From the IMG/VR virus record IMGVR_UViG_3300028835_002196, positions 12,247 to 76,246 of that record: 64,000 bases of DNA, one strand, 5' to 3'. The position numbers were made by a program, and so were the translations under genes. Origin of the DNA: a virus. Shown one piece after another: positions 8,352 through 17,408 of this stretch (its first letter is position 1; every line of letters begins with the position of its first letter). The notes beneath the pieces are model-generated. The model had not been told where the DNA came from. It did no database searches and saw only the letters and a program-made list of their open reading frames with translations.

Positions 8352-8613
8352 TTTTAAAAAGATCGAAGAACTTATGGAAGAGAGAGAGAACCTGATCGTT
8401 CTCCGGGGTAAATTCAAATCTTGTAAAGGTACTGCAATAGACATAGGTCCGGATGAAGAACCCAAAATAAATCTTTCAGTTAATGTAGGCGGAGGCCCTT
8501 ACACAAACACTTTACAAGAAGATCACAGCTATGCTATGGCGTTTGTTACAGGCTATATTTTTACTCTGAAACAAAAAATTGATATGATCAACGCTCAACT
8601 CAAGTCATTATGA
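8338..8613 (+). CDS. Hypothetical protein
   Basis: 91-aa ORF overlapping both neighbours by a few bases. Confidence 0.6.
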   Translation: MKPANFKKIEELMEERENLIVLRGKFKSCKGTAIDIGPDEEPKINLSVNVGGGPYTNTLQEDHSYAMAFVTGYIFTLKQKIDMINAQLKSL

Positions 8614-8780
8614 AAATAGAATTAACCACTAACATCCCATGTGACGGTTTCAAAAAAGGAGATACCTTCAAGGTATTAAGATATCATGGCAATACTCATG
8701 TTGTAGTAGAAACCCCCGCCGGGAGGGTTGCTTACATACCAAGAACCAGGTTTACATTTAAGTCTGAAAAAACAGATTGA
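8610..8780 (+). CDS. 56-aa small beta-barrel (SH3-like) protein (not in ORF track)
   Basis: Hand translation MKIELTTNIPCDGFKKGDTFKVLRYHGNTHVVVETPAGRVAYIPRTRFTFKSEKTD; fills the gap with ATGA/TGATG overlaps. Confidence 0.6.
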   Translation: MKIELTTNIPCDGFKKGDTFKVLRYHGNTHVVVETPAGRVAYIPRTRFTFKSEKTD

Positions 8781-9199
8781 TGACAAAATTCAAAACAGTA
8801 TTTGAAAGCCCTTACGTTCACGTAACAACTGATGAGGTAAAAGTAATTGATCGCACTACGGATTTAGGTATAGCCGGTAAAAAAATATTAGCCCGACTAA
8901 CTAAAGCCATACATGACCCCGAAAAACCTGTTCGTAATATGGTAGCTGATTTTGCCTATCATAGCCGTTTAGGAGAACTTTATCTTTTTGTAGCTGATAA
9001 CAAACCCCTGGGTCTGAAACTCTGGAAATCGTCTGATAAAGTAGGTCACATAGTCGTATTTATGTCATACAGCTCTATGGCCATGCTTGAGTACTTACGA
9101 ACCTCTCAAAAGAATGATCCCGACAACAAAACCACGTATAGTGATCTTATTAATTATTTAAGATTACAATTTTATAAAAGTAAAATCGAAGTAAAATGA
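8780..9199 (+). CDS. Hypothetical protein
   Basis: ATG overlapping the previous TGA; ~139 aa. Confidence 0.65.
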   Translation: MTKFKTVFESPYVHVTTDEVKVIDRTTDLGIAGKKILARLTKAIHDPEKPVRNMVADFAYHSRLGELYLFVADNKPLGLKLWKSSDKVGHIVVFMSYSSMAMLEYLRTSQKNDPDNKTTYSDLINYLRLQFYKSKIEVK

Positions 9200-9405
9200 G
9201 TGATATTAACCACGGATGGGAAGACAAAGAGCCAAAGGAAATAATTCTTCATCCGGGTATGTATGAAAAATATAAAAAATATCCTGAAAAAGAAAAAGAT
9301 ATAATTTATGGATCGCCACGCAGAGAACCGGGTTATTTAAGATGGGGGGTCATTATTCTTTTTTTTATCCTGGCGATTGTTATCCTTTTTATTATTTGGT
9401 TTTGA
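9196..9405 (+). CDS. Small membrane protein
   Basis: C-terminal hydrophobic helix GVIILFFILAIVILFIIWF; ATGA coupling. Confidence 0.55.
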   Translation: MSDINHGWEDKEPKEIILHPGMYEKYKKYPEKEKDIIYGSPRREPGYLRWGVIILFFILAIVILFIIWF

Positions 9406-9894
9406 TGGTGTTTGCTTTCGTATTGATTCTTGTAATAACAGCCCTACAAATATTCCATTTAACTTTCTTATAACATCGCGAACCTCTTCTTCCTTGTACC
9501 TCATTATCATTATACCCGACATTTTTGGGAATACAGCATTGTATTCACTCAATAAATCTTTCCTTAATATGTCAATCTTGCCCCAATCAGCCGTTTTAAC
9601 TGTCTTAGAATAAGATATTCGCTGATCTTCTGTGCCCTGGTCAAGTAAAACATGTTCTCCTGGCGTTAAGAGGATGATATTGCGTAGATAATACTTAAAA
9701 TGGGGAAATTTACCTTTATCTTTAGGCAATACATGGGCAAACATGTTTAAAAAATAGGGGGTATTGAAAAAATCTCTTAAGTATACGCCTGATAAATAAG
9801 ACCGGTGATCCATATAATGCCAAAGTGTTTTAAAGGCCGCAAATTCACTCTGACTAATTTCTCTAATTATTTCAGGTAATGGGGGCTTTTCCAT
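9337..9894 (-). CDS. HNH-like protein
   Basis: FAHVLPK...FPHF...NIILLT..EH resembles a degenerate H-N-H fold. Confidence 0.45.
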   Translation of the reverse strand: MEKPPLPEIIREISQSEFAAFKTLWHYMDHRSYLSGVYLRDFFNTPYFLNMFAHVLPKDKGKFPHFKYYLRNIILLTPGEHVLLDQGTEDQRISYSKTVKTADWGKIDILRKDLLSEYNAVFPKMSGIMIMRYKEEEVRDVIRKLNGIFVGLLLQESIRKQTPSKPNNKKDNNRQDKKKNNDPPS

Positions 9895-10074
9895 GACTAT
9901 TTTTATTAAAACTATTGATTTTAGGGGATACTACGGTATTCCACTACATAAGAAAATTGTTTAAAACGTCTTAAATTAAGTCAAATTTTGCAAAAACGTT
10001 ACTTTTAGTCGAAAAATATAACGATTAAAAGTAACGGCATTATATAAGCCCCTCTAAGAAGGCCTGATATCAAT

Positions 10075-10112
10075 AAAAAAAGGACATCCGGTGTTGACCG
10101 GATATCCCTTTT
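10075..10112 (-). terminator. Intrinsic terminator downstream of the RecT-like gene
   Basis: Minus strand GGATATCCGGT-CAAC-ACCGGATGTCC followed by a T7 run. Confidence 0.7.
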
Positions 10113-10173
10113 AAGTAGTAAATCTTGACAAAGACTGACGAATAGTATGTTGTAAAAAAGATTCAACATAAAA

Positions 10174-11748
10174 TTACGAATCATATCTGGTTAGTAAATA
10201 GTGAATATCAACAGCCGGTGCATTTTTTAAGAAGTATTCAAGGTCATCAAACTTACTTCTATACGTTATCTTATGCTCCTTTGAAAAATAAATTCTACTG
10301 GCCAACTCCTGATAAGTGGCGTTATTAAACCCATTATCTGCAAGTTGCAGGGCTATACTTCTTGCTTTTTGAAAATCACGTTCCCTGTGCCCCTCTTCAA
10401 TTTCAGAGATTTCAATACCAAAAGGATTTGACTTTTCTGAGGAAGGAGAATATTCTTCCGAGATCTGATCTTCTTCTTGCTGCGGGGTCTCTTTTTCATC
10501 ATCCAAGGCAGGGTGTGAGACCGTTTCTTTCTTAGGGATACTTTCTGTATCTTCCGGACCAATCTTTGTTCCGGGCGGAGTTTCGGCAGGAGGAACTGCC
10601 GGGGCTTGTGATTCTATATAATTTGTAAACCTGCCTTTTTGAAAAGCAAGTATGGCCAGTCTATACTTTTTATTACTTTTCTTACCTGGGAGCTTGTCAA
10701 TTTCATCTACAATACTTATTCCATCTAAACAACATTTCTTTGCCAGTTCATAAATTTTTGTTCCCATTTTTAATAACTGATCTTCGGCAAACCCCGTAAA
10801 AGCCTCTTTCCTGCTTATAGGAGATGGATCGATCTTTACTTTTTTCTTTCCCGGTTCCGGTTTTTCCTTTCCCGGTTCTATTTTTTTCAAATCCTCTGCT
10901 GTTTCACGCAATTTGTTTTTGTCTTTGTCTCCTAATCCTAGTTTCTCATGACGTTTGGTAACCTTATCTGCTACTGCCCCGGTTAACTGTTCACTTTTTT
11001 GAGTTTTCCCATCAATATCGGTTATAGCAACAGGGCCACCTTTAGTGTCAATAATTTTTACTGACACATCAGGATAATCATTGATTTCCTCCAAGATAAC
11101 CAGTTGCCCCAACACATCAGGATAAAGGTCTCTCGATATAAAACCTAAACCACGGTACATACACATGCGATCAGGGTACCGGTACCATGGAGACTGCCTG
11201 TGCATTGCTCCCTGATTCCCATTTAATTTTTGTTGCGTCACCCATAAGTCAGCTCGTTTGGCTTCACGCACTCCAAAACTCCGGGTAATGGTCGTTCCAC
11301 TGGTCCTGGTACTGGTGATTGTGTATTGATAATCGTCTTTATCAATATTACCGCTAGCCGTTTCTTTCCATTCTTTTACCAGGCCTGATGAAAATATCAT
11401 AGCTTTTGCCCCGTCTCCTTTAATAGCCATTTTGCCATATATAGGAACAATCATATTTAAAGATGCAAACGGAGATAAACCAATTTCTTTACCGGCACTG
11501 ACAACGGCAAGAATCAGCCCGCAGATAGGTTTAGTATAATCAACTGGCCACCGGTCCTCAGTAACACCTTCAGTTTTTGTTTTTTCATAATATTTATCAG
11601 GCAAACTACCTCCCTCAGCTATTGCTTGTGCCCATTTTAAAGCCGAATCTATTTCTGAAAGAGATTTTTCAGTAAATATGTATAATCTTGAATCCTGCGG
11701 GACAATAGATTTTAATGGTTGTTCTTCCGTTGTTTTTTCATTTTCCAT
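10174..11748 (-). CDS. RecT/Bet-like single-strand annealing protein with a long low-complexity C-terminus
   Basis: G.EIGLSPFASL, AKRADLW and PWYRYPDRM..YR...F..RDLYPDVL...EE pattern; same operon as the YqaJ exonuclease. Confidence 0.7.
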   Translation of the reverse strand: MENEKTTEEQPLKSIVPQDSRLYIFTEKSLSEIDSALKWAQAIAEGGSLPDKYYEKTKTEGVTEDRWPVDYTKPICGLILAVVSAGKEIGLSPFASLNMIVPIYGKMAIKGDGAKAMIFSSGLVKEWKETASGNIDKDDYQYTITSTRTSGTTITRSFGVREAKRADLWVTQQKLNGNQGAMHRQSPWYRYPDRMCMYRGLGFISRDLYPDVLGQLVILEEINDYPDVSVKIIDTKGGPVAITDIDGKTQKSEQLTGAVADKVTKRHEKLGLGDKDKNKLRETAEDLKKIEPGKEKPEPGKKKVKIDPSPISRKEAFTGFAEDQLLKMGTKIYELAKKCCLDGISIVDEIDKLPGKKSNKKYRLAILAFQKGRFTNYIESQAPAVPPAETPPGTKIGPEDTESIPKKETVSHPALDDEKETPQQEEDQISEEYSPSSEKSNPFGIEISEIEEGHRERDFQKARSIALQLADNGFNNATYQELASRIYFSKEHKITYRSKFDDLEYFLKNAPAVDIHYLLTRYDS

Positions 11749-11759
11749 GACTATTGATC

Positions 11760-12125
11760 TTAGTGAATAAATTTAATACTTGGATTTATATCCTTTTCCT
11801 GCATCCATTGAAAATTTAATCCATGTCCAAAATCATTAAGAACATCCATATCACATGGGTTAAACCATTCTAATTCACTACCTTTAATAAAAACTTTATA
11901 AAAGGTATGGTTTGGGTTTGAATATCCTCCAAAGTCTCCTTTGGATGGAAAATTAACCTCCCCCTTATCCTCATATGGTTCTGGTGCAAGTAATGAATTG
12001 TACCAATCAATAAGTTTTTGCTTTTCATAAGCAAGGGCAACTACATTGCCATTTTCGGTATTTTCTTTCAGGGGATTTAAAATAAGTCCCCAAACTTTTA
12101 CTTCTTCAATCTGTCTTGTTTCCAT
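11760..12125 (-). CDS. Hypothetical protein
   Basis: 121-aa ORF in the operon. Confidence 0.65.
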   Translation of the reverse strand: METRQIEEVKVWGLILNPLKENTENGNVVALAYEKQKLIDWYNSLLAPEPYEDKGEVNFPSKGDFGGYSNPNHTFYKVFIKGSELEWFNPCDMDVLNDFGHGLNFQWMQEKDINPSIKFIH

Positions 12126-12336
12126 TGTTTTTGATATTAGTTAATTTTTTTAATCTGTTCATCTCGTCATTTGTAGTCCATATAGGATCATCACACTTAC
12201 ATTGAGAATAATGATTATCACACCGGGCACACCACCGCATAAGAATATGAGAGCTGCTTTTTAAACTTGCCAATCTCTCTTTAATATCTTCGCAGGTACA
12301 ATCTCTTAGATCGTTTCCGCATTTACAACAAAACAT
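12106..12336 (-). CDS. Small Cys-rich metal-binding protein
   Basis: Two copies of CxxC-x6-CxC. Confidence 0.6.
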   Translation of the reverse strand: MFCCKCGNDLRDCTCEDIKERLASLKSSSHILMRWCARCDNHYSQCKCDDPIWTTNDEMNRLKKLTNIKNNGNKTD

Positions 12337-12346
12337 AATTATTTAG

Positions 12347-12619
12347 TTAATTAATACTTATATGTAATTCAGTGCCATAATGATTCATTAACAATTCAAT
12401 GCTATGATCATCACCCTTAATCCATGTGAATTTTCTTAATTCAAAAGCTGTTACTTCATTTACATAACCCCCGCTCTTAAATATTTGATCAAAAATATCG
12501 AATATATGTTTAATATAATCGTCTAACCCAATATCCTCAACTGTGCTGGGCTCAATTCTGAATTTTGCATGACCTACATCCCATTTTTTTAATATATCTT
12601 CACTTTTTGTACAGCTCAT
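12347..12619 (-). CDS. Hypothetical protein
   Basis: 90-aa ORF in the operon. Confidence 0.6.
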   Translation of the reverse strand: MSCTKSEDILKKWDVGHAKFRIEPSTVEDIGLDDYIKHIFDIFDQIFKSGGYVNEVTAFELRKFTWIKGDDHSIELLMNHYGTELHISIN

Positions 12620-12629
12620 TTTATTGTTT

Positions 12630-13214
12630 TTATGGTGAATAATTTATTTTATTATGTTTACTTATCCAGGATCTCTTCGAAGGTTCGACCCAGGCCAAGC
12701 CTAAGAATTTAAAAAAATCCTCTTCCGTAGTAAATGGGGGGGGGAGGGTAGGGTGTTCCTTAAATTCTTTTTTTATTTTCCAGGTCTGTCCTTTATGATC
12801 GCACTCTTTCTTTCTACGTAAACCGTCTTTAGTTCCGCACCACCCCAGCCTATTCCAGGTTATAGCCAGAACATTATGACTAAAAGCCGAGGATCCGGTA
12901 CGAATAGCTACAATCCTTCCATAATCTATCGGGTTGGTAATGTACAACTCTATTTGAATACCAGACTTAGGATAATAAAATCTTTTCAATCTTGACCCAT
13001 TAACTTTTATTCCCGGATAATTTTTGTGAAAGTGCATATCAAGGCTCAGGGGATCATCAGTCAGGGGCAGACAAACAACTTCTATATCTCCCACGTCAAC
13101 CTTTAGTCTACGTGTACTCCCTACAACAATAGCCTTATTACAGTGAGGCCCTAATTCTGTCATGAACCTCTTTGCTATATTTAATGCTTGAGAAAGCGGC
13201 ATTCTGTTTTTCAT
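12630..13214 (-). CDS. Minimal family X DNA polymerase / nucleotidyltransferase
   Basis: GSTRR...GDIE, RTGS and thumb motif TEEDFF..LGL.WVEP..R. Confidence 0.85.
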   Translation of the reverse strand: MKNRMPLSQALNIAKRFMTELGPHCNKAIVVGSTRRLKVDVGDIEVVCLPLTDDPLSLDMHFHKNYPGIKVNGSRLKRFYYPKSGIQIELYITNPIDYGRIVAIRTGSSAFSHNVLAITWNRLGWCGTKDGLRRKKECDHKGQTWKIKKEFKEHPTLPPPFTTEEDFFKFLGLAWVEPSKRSWISKHNKINYSP

Positions 13215-13516
13215 AATTTCGATATATTAAGTCCTTCCAGGTTTGCATACCATTTTCTTTGACCACCGGTTATTATTTTAGAATTTCCCCGGGCCTGAAA
13301 AGTTATATGAACATGTTCATTTAAAGCAAAGCCATTAGATAAGCTCATGCGTTCATTTATAAAACTAATAGGTATTTCTTGTTTATACCCGTCAGCTAAG
13401 ACCTCTATAACTAAATTACGGTACGTGAATTTTGGTGAATGAGATACAACATTGCCAATATGAACAATGTATCCGTCAATTTCGTGTTCGTTCTTAATTC
13501 TGTACTTTTTTGCCAT
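13211..13516 (-). CDS. DUF3127-like OB-fold ssDNA-binding protein
   Basis: F.YR.LVIE...Y.Q.I...F...V.I.F..RG...WY.NL pattern; ATG 13516 with an A-rich leader. Confidence 0.7.
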   Translation of the reverse strand: MAKKYRIKNEHEIDGYIVHIGNVVSHSPKFTYRNLVIEVLADGYKQEIPISFINERMSLSNGFALNEHVHITFQARGNSKIITGGQRKWYANLEGLNISKL

Positions 13517-13539
13517 AATGTTTTTTTTAAGTGTTAATA

Positions 13540-13682
13540 ATAACAGGGTCAACTCCCTGTTGATCTTAATTGGCCATGACGGGGTTGATTTTGGCTTCAA
13601 ACAGACGTTGTTACTCCGGAGTTTGAAATAATCCAACTTTCCCTAAATTATTTCTCCACTGCCGCCTTTATAGGCCCGGTGC
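13540..13682 (-). ncRNA. Candidate structured intergenic RNA or leader
   Basis: Several adjacent hairpins in a GC-richer gap of ~170 nt in an otherwise tightly packed operon. Confidence 0.35.
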
Positions 13683-13688
13683 AATATT

Positions 13689-13892
13689 TTAATCATGTTT
13701 ACGAATTAATATAGTTCCTATCAGTACTTCACTGTCTTCAAAACGCCGAAGTAAATTATTAAGCATATATTGTCTTTCTTCAAGCTCCGCTTCTGCAATT
13801 ATTATATTTTCAGCAGATATTGTTGAAGTGATGGGACGAAATCTTATTAGCGTCCCATGCTGGGTTATAGCAGTCCATTGATAATTTCTCAT
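13689..13892 (-). CDS. Hypothetical protein
   Basis: ATG 13892 (MRNYQW) ATGA-coupled to the upstream gene. Confidence 0.55.
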   Translation of the reverse strand: MRNYQWTAITQHGTLIRFRPITSTISAENIIIAEAELEERQYMLNNLLRRFEDSEVLIGTILIRKHD

Positions 13893-14319
13893 AATAACTG
13901 TTGATTTTGAAGGTTCCTGATTTTTTCTTTTAATTTTAGTATTCTCAATGTTCCGAGCCTGGCTAATTTGCATCTATCCTCTTCACTCCATTTCACGGCA
14001 TTTTCATTTCTCCGACAATACTTTATTAGTTCTACTTCAATTGAACCTTCTATCGGGTCTTTAATTGCAACAAGAATACCCGCTCTTTCAGGTATACATT
14101 TCAATGCAATTAGTTTGAGTTTTTCCGGTACTGCAAAAAATAACTGAGCAATCTTTTCGTCATGATGACCATGCCATTTCCTGTGGCATACCCGGCTTTA
14201 CTTAAACTTAAAATATCACACTCATGTAAATCCATTCCCCAGCTCACATTTGGAACAATAAGGTTTGTTCTTGTTCCAAGATATTCCATAACTGCTATTT
14301 CTATATCAAGACTTTTCAT
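13889..14319 (-). pseudogene. MmcB-like PD-(D/E)XK protein with an internal deletion/frameshift
   Basis: IVPNVSWG..LHECDILSLSKAGYAT in one frame continues as KWHGHHDEKIAQLFFAVPEKL...CIPERAGIL in another; the expected E-x-K segment is missing at ~14180. Confidence 0.6.
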
Positions 14320-15155
14320 GAATTAGCCATTTTATAACCAACAACAGTTGGATTTGACCATTCTCTCGTAAAAAGATTCCATTTTCTTTTATCCGGAATT
14401 TCGTTAGAAAATTTATATTCATTATTCTTGTAAAACATGGCCATTGGTGTAAATCCTAATCCCATAACATCAGTCAACCTTTTTTCCGCCTTTTCAAATG
14501 TATCTGTCGGATAACCTATTAAAACAAAACATTTTGCCTTATGTTTTTTATTTTTATGAATTATTCCGGCTTTCTTAAGCATTTTTGAAGCACTTATTAA
14601 GGGTTCAAAGTCATCTGGTGTATCATAAGCAAAAAATATACGTTCTAATTTAAGTTGCAACAATAAATCAATATGCCATTCTTTCAACCTTCGTGCTTCT
14701 AATCCGCCGGTAAACGCAATCCATTGATCTTGCCGCTTTAACATTTCAAATACATTCCGGATATGATCTTCTGAACACGCAAGTAGATTATCATCCAAAA
14801 TATTCCATCCATTTTTTATTTCCAGCTCCTCGATATCCCCAAACTTTTTCCAAACATTACAAAACCAGCACTTATTCGGACAACCCCGGCTCGTGATCAC
14901 ATATCCCTTTTTAAGATACATGCCAAGCATAAATTCTCCTTTACAATTATTTGTTGCCGGGCCACCTATCTTTACCGGTGCAACTAACCTCCATTGTTCA
15001 GCTAACTGTTCTGCTCTTTCTAAGTCCCAACTAAATGTAACGCTAATATGAATTTCATCTGCCTGGTCAAATAATCCGGGAGTCCCAAACCTCACCTTAT
15101 CATCCAAAGGAGTGGCGTTTGTTTTTCTCGGAAACACTCGAATTATTTTATTCAT
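14316..15155 (-). CDS. Radical SAM protein
   Basis: TSRGCPNKCWFC (CxxxCxxC), DDN, and an N-terminal ISVTF...VKIGGP resembling a reduced B12-binding-like domain. Confidence 0.85.
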   Translation of the reverse strand: MNKIIRVFPRKTNATPLDDKVRFGTPGLFDQADEIHISVTFSWDLERAEQLAEQWRLVAPVKIGGPATNNCKGEFMLGMYLKKGYVITSRGCPNKCWFCNVWKKFGDIEELEIKNGWNILDDNLLACSEDHIRNVFEMLKRQDQWIAFTGGLEARRLKEWHIDLLLQLKLERIFFAYDTPDDFEPLISASKMLKKAGIIHKNKKHKAKCFVLIGYPTDTFEKAEKRLTDVMGLGFTPMAMFYKNNEYKFSNEIPDKRKWNLFTREWSNPTVVGYKMANS

Positions 15156-15987
15156 AACCTATTGTATATTGTCCTTGATCTTTGCCATCATAATTCATCC
15201 AAATACATTCCCTGCCTTTCCTTCCGGAGATAGTATGATAATCTCCCAGCGGAATCATAACACAATCCTTGTAAAGCCTGTTCATTGTCGGGCACTCATA
15301 ACCGCTGATCATGAACATTCCCCTGACCTGGTGTAATACTTCTGCAAGGTCCTGGTGATCCTGATCACTAAAATCAAACATATAATCATGATGACTTGTT
15401 CTACTTTCACGACAATACGGGGGATCGCAATAAAAGAAAGTCTTGGGATCATCAACTAATGGCACTAGTTTCCGAAAATCCCGGTTTTCAATCTGAATAC
15501 ATTTAAGCCGGTCAATCACCGGTAATAACTTTTCAACCCCATTTAACCATTTTGAGACAATTTCGGCGACATTCGCCCTGGAATTTTTACAGGTAGGACC
15601 CCAGCCCTTATTTTCTCTTTGTGATCCTAATCCGAAAAAACTCTGCCTCAGCCTGACATAAAATCTCCTGGCCTTTTCAACATCACTACAACTCTCAATG
15701 TCCCATGCCTGGTTATATTCTTCCCTCGAGGTGGGAGTAAGGTATAATAACGACAATAATTCCTGGGGCTGCTCTCGTAATGTTTTGAAGAAATTTACTA
15801 CTTCGCTATTAATATCATTAGCCGTATCAATCCCTGATAATGGTTTGTTCAGAGTTACAACCATGCTCCCGCAAAACAGATCCACGAAATGATCATGCTT
15901 GGGGAAATAATCATATAACTTCTGTACCATCTGGAATTTTCCCCCAAAATAGTTGAATGCAATTAATTTTTTCGTGTTCCCTGCCAT
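15148..15987 (-). CDS. D12-class DNA adenine methyltransferase (Dam-like)
   Basis: YFGGK, DLFCGS, ND.N and FYCDPPY; probable start ATG 15987. Confidence 0.9.
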   Translation of the reverse strand: MAGNTKKLIAFNYFGGKFQMVQKLYDYFPKHDHFVDLFCGSMVVTLNKPLSGIDTANDINSEVVNFFKTLREQPQELLSLLYLTPTSREEYNQAWDIESCSDVEKARRFYVRLRQSFFGLGSQRENKGWGPTCKNSRANVAEIVSKWLNGVEKLLPVIDRLKCIQIENRDFRKLVPLVDDPKTFFYCDPPYCRESRTSHHDYMFDFSDQDHQDLAEVLHQVRGMFMISGYECPTMNRLYKDCVMIPLGDYHTISGRKGRECIWMNYDGKDQGQYTIGYE

Positions 15988-15988
15988 A

Positions 15989-16759
15989 TTACTGATTAAA
16001 AAGGTCATTCTGAAGAAATTCTATAATCCGAAGATTAGCCAAATTACAATAAAATAATGAATTATCACTCCCACAATATAGCCTGTTAAGCTTTAATGCA
16101 GTAATAGCAGTTGTACCACTTCCCATAAACGGAGCATACACTATCTGCCCGGGATCCGTACTGAACATTATTGCCCGGCCAACTAATTTTTCAGGCATTT
16201 GAGCCAAATGAGCTTTCTCCCGGGTCCCTAGTTTTAAAATAGCCTCCGGATGTACTATTGACCCAGCGTAAATAGGCCTGATATCATCCCAATAATCCAG
16301 TAATTGTCCTCTTTGATTCTCTTTTCGCTTGGGATTCCAGGGAACTACACCCTGCCTGGTTTCTGCATAGGTATTAAATATGTAATCTTTTGTTTTCGCA
16401 TAGAACAATATCGGTTGCGTGCTGTTCCAAAAACTTCTCTTTGTATGATCACCGGTAACATTTTTCCATTTAATCAGATTTAGAAATATCCCATGTTTGT
16501 CCATTAACGGAAATGTTTTTGACAGATTCCGATCGAGCGTCATTAAGTAAAAACTGCCGGTAGGTTTTAATATTCGCCAGCACTCACTTATCCACTGATC
16601 ACACCATTGAAAATAATCCGTCCTTTTATCGTTAGATCCCCTGTATTTTTTTCCAATATTGAAGGGAGGATCTGCGAATATCATATCAACACTTTCGCTG
16701 TGCATGTTATACAGTGCATCTAACACGTCTTTATTAAATATTGTGTCTATGTAATTCAT
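15989..16759 (-). CDS. N4/N6 DNA methyltransferase (beta class)
   Basis: FADPPFN precedes H..Q.PE and PFMGSGTT. Confidence 0.9.
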   Translation of the reverse strand: MNYIDTIFNKDVLDALYNMHSESVDMIFADPPFNIGKKYRGSNDKRTDYFQWCDQWISECWRILKPTGSFYLMTLDRNLSKTFPLMDKHGIFLNLIKWKNVTGDHTKRSFWNSTQPILFYAKTKDYIFNTYAETRQGVVPWNPKRKENQRGQLLDYWDDIRPIYAGSIVHPEAILKLGTREKAHLAQMPEKLVGRAIMFSTDPGQIVYAPFMGSGTTAITALKLNRLYCGSDNSLFYCNLANLRIIEFLQNDLFNQ

Positions 16760-16761
16760 GT

Positions 16762-17052
16762 TTACCTATAAGTCGTATAACCAAGTATTTTTAATTGCGT
16801 GGGATGAAAAGTATGTATCTGCCCGGTTTCTGCCTCCTCGACAATAGCCGTGGTTATTGTATTAACTCCCACAACCTCCTCTTCACTATTCATTACAGGA
16901 TTACTTTCTTGCCCCCAATGGTGAAGGTATCCCTTTAATTCACGAAAATCCGGCAGTTCTTCTTCATCTTTGCCTCCAGCTATATCTAACGCTCGTATTT
17001 CCTGTTCTTCTTCGGTCAAATCTATATTTACACTAACCAATAATTTTCTCAT
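16762..17052 (-). CDS. Hypothetical protein
   Basis: G.LHHWG...TTAIVE...GQI pattern; TAATG coupling. Confidence 0.65.
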   Translation of the reverse strand: MRKLLVSVNIDLTEEEQEIRALDIAGGKDEEELPDFRELKGYLHHWGQESNPVMNSEEEVVGVNTITTAIVEEAETGQIHTFHPTQLKILGYTTYR

Positions 17053-17408
17053 TAATCTTCTTTTCTATAATAAATATCATCTTTAAATCTCCAACAATAA
17101 CCATAAGCAGTATGTTGCCGGCCCTGTATTACAGCTCTTATATTTGAAGCATTGCCATTCATGCGTTTTGCTGCGGTGTTAATACTTGGATGAATTTGAA
17201 TAATATGACCGTATTCATTAAGCTGTAAAACCGCTTTACCCTGTTTATAAAGGATGGTGTTCGCTCTATAATCAAAACCGGCTCCATAAGCACAATCTAT
17301 AGCGTAATTTAGGGCATCACTAATCTTATCAGCCCAACTGGCTTCATCCAGATGAGTTGTGGCCATAAACTCATACCAAATAATTTCTTTAGCTTTTTCT
17401 GGCTTCAA
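17052..17408 (-). CDS. NUMOD1-domain DNA-binding protein
   Basis: VLQL...G.II...SI..AA......SNI.....G...TAYGY.W.F. Confidence 0.75.
   Translation of the reverse strand: MKPEKAKEIIWYEFMATTHLDEASWADKISDALNYAIDCAYGAGFDYRANTILYKQGKAVLQLNEYGHIIQIHPSINTAAKRMNGNASNIRAVIQGRQHTAYGYCWRFKDDIYYRKED

Noticed and set aside
13517-13688. tRNA gene
   Set aside because: No cloverleaf or T-loop GTTCGA consensus.
16115-16145. Inactivation of the N4/N6 MTase (YAPFMGSG instead of DPFMGSG)
   Set aside because: Single substitution with FxGxG and DPPF intact; not enough to call it inactive.
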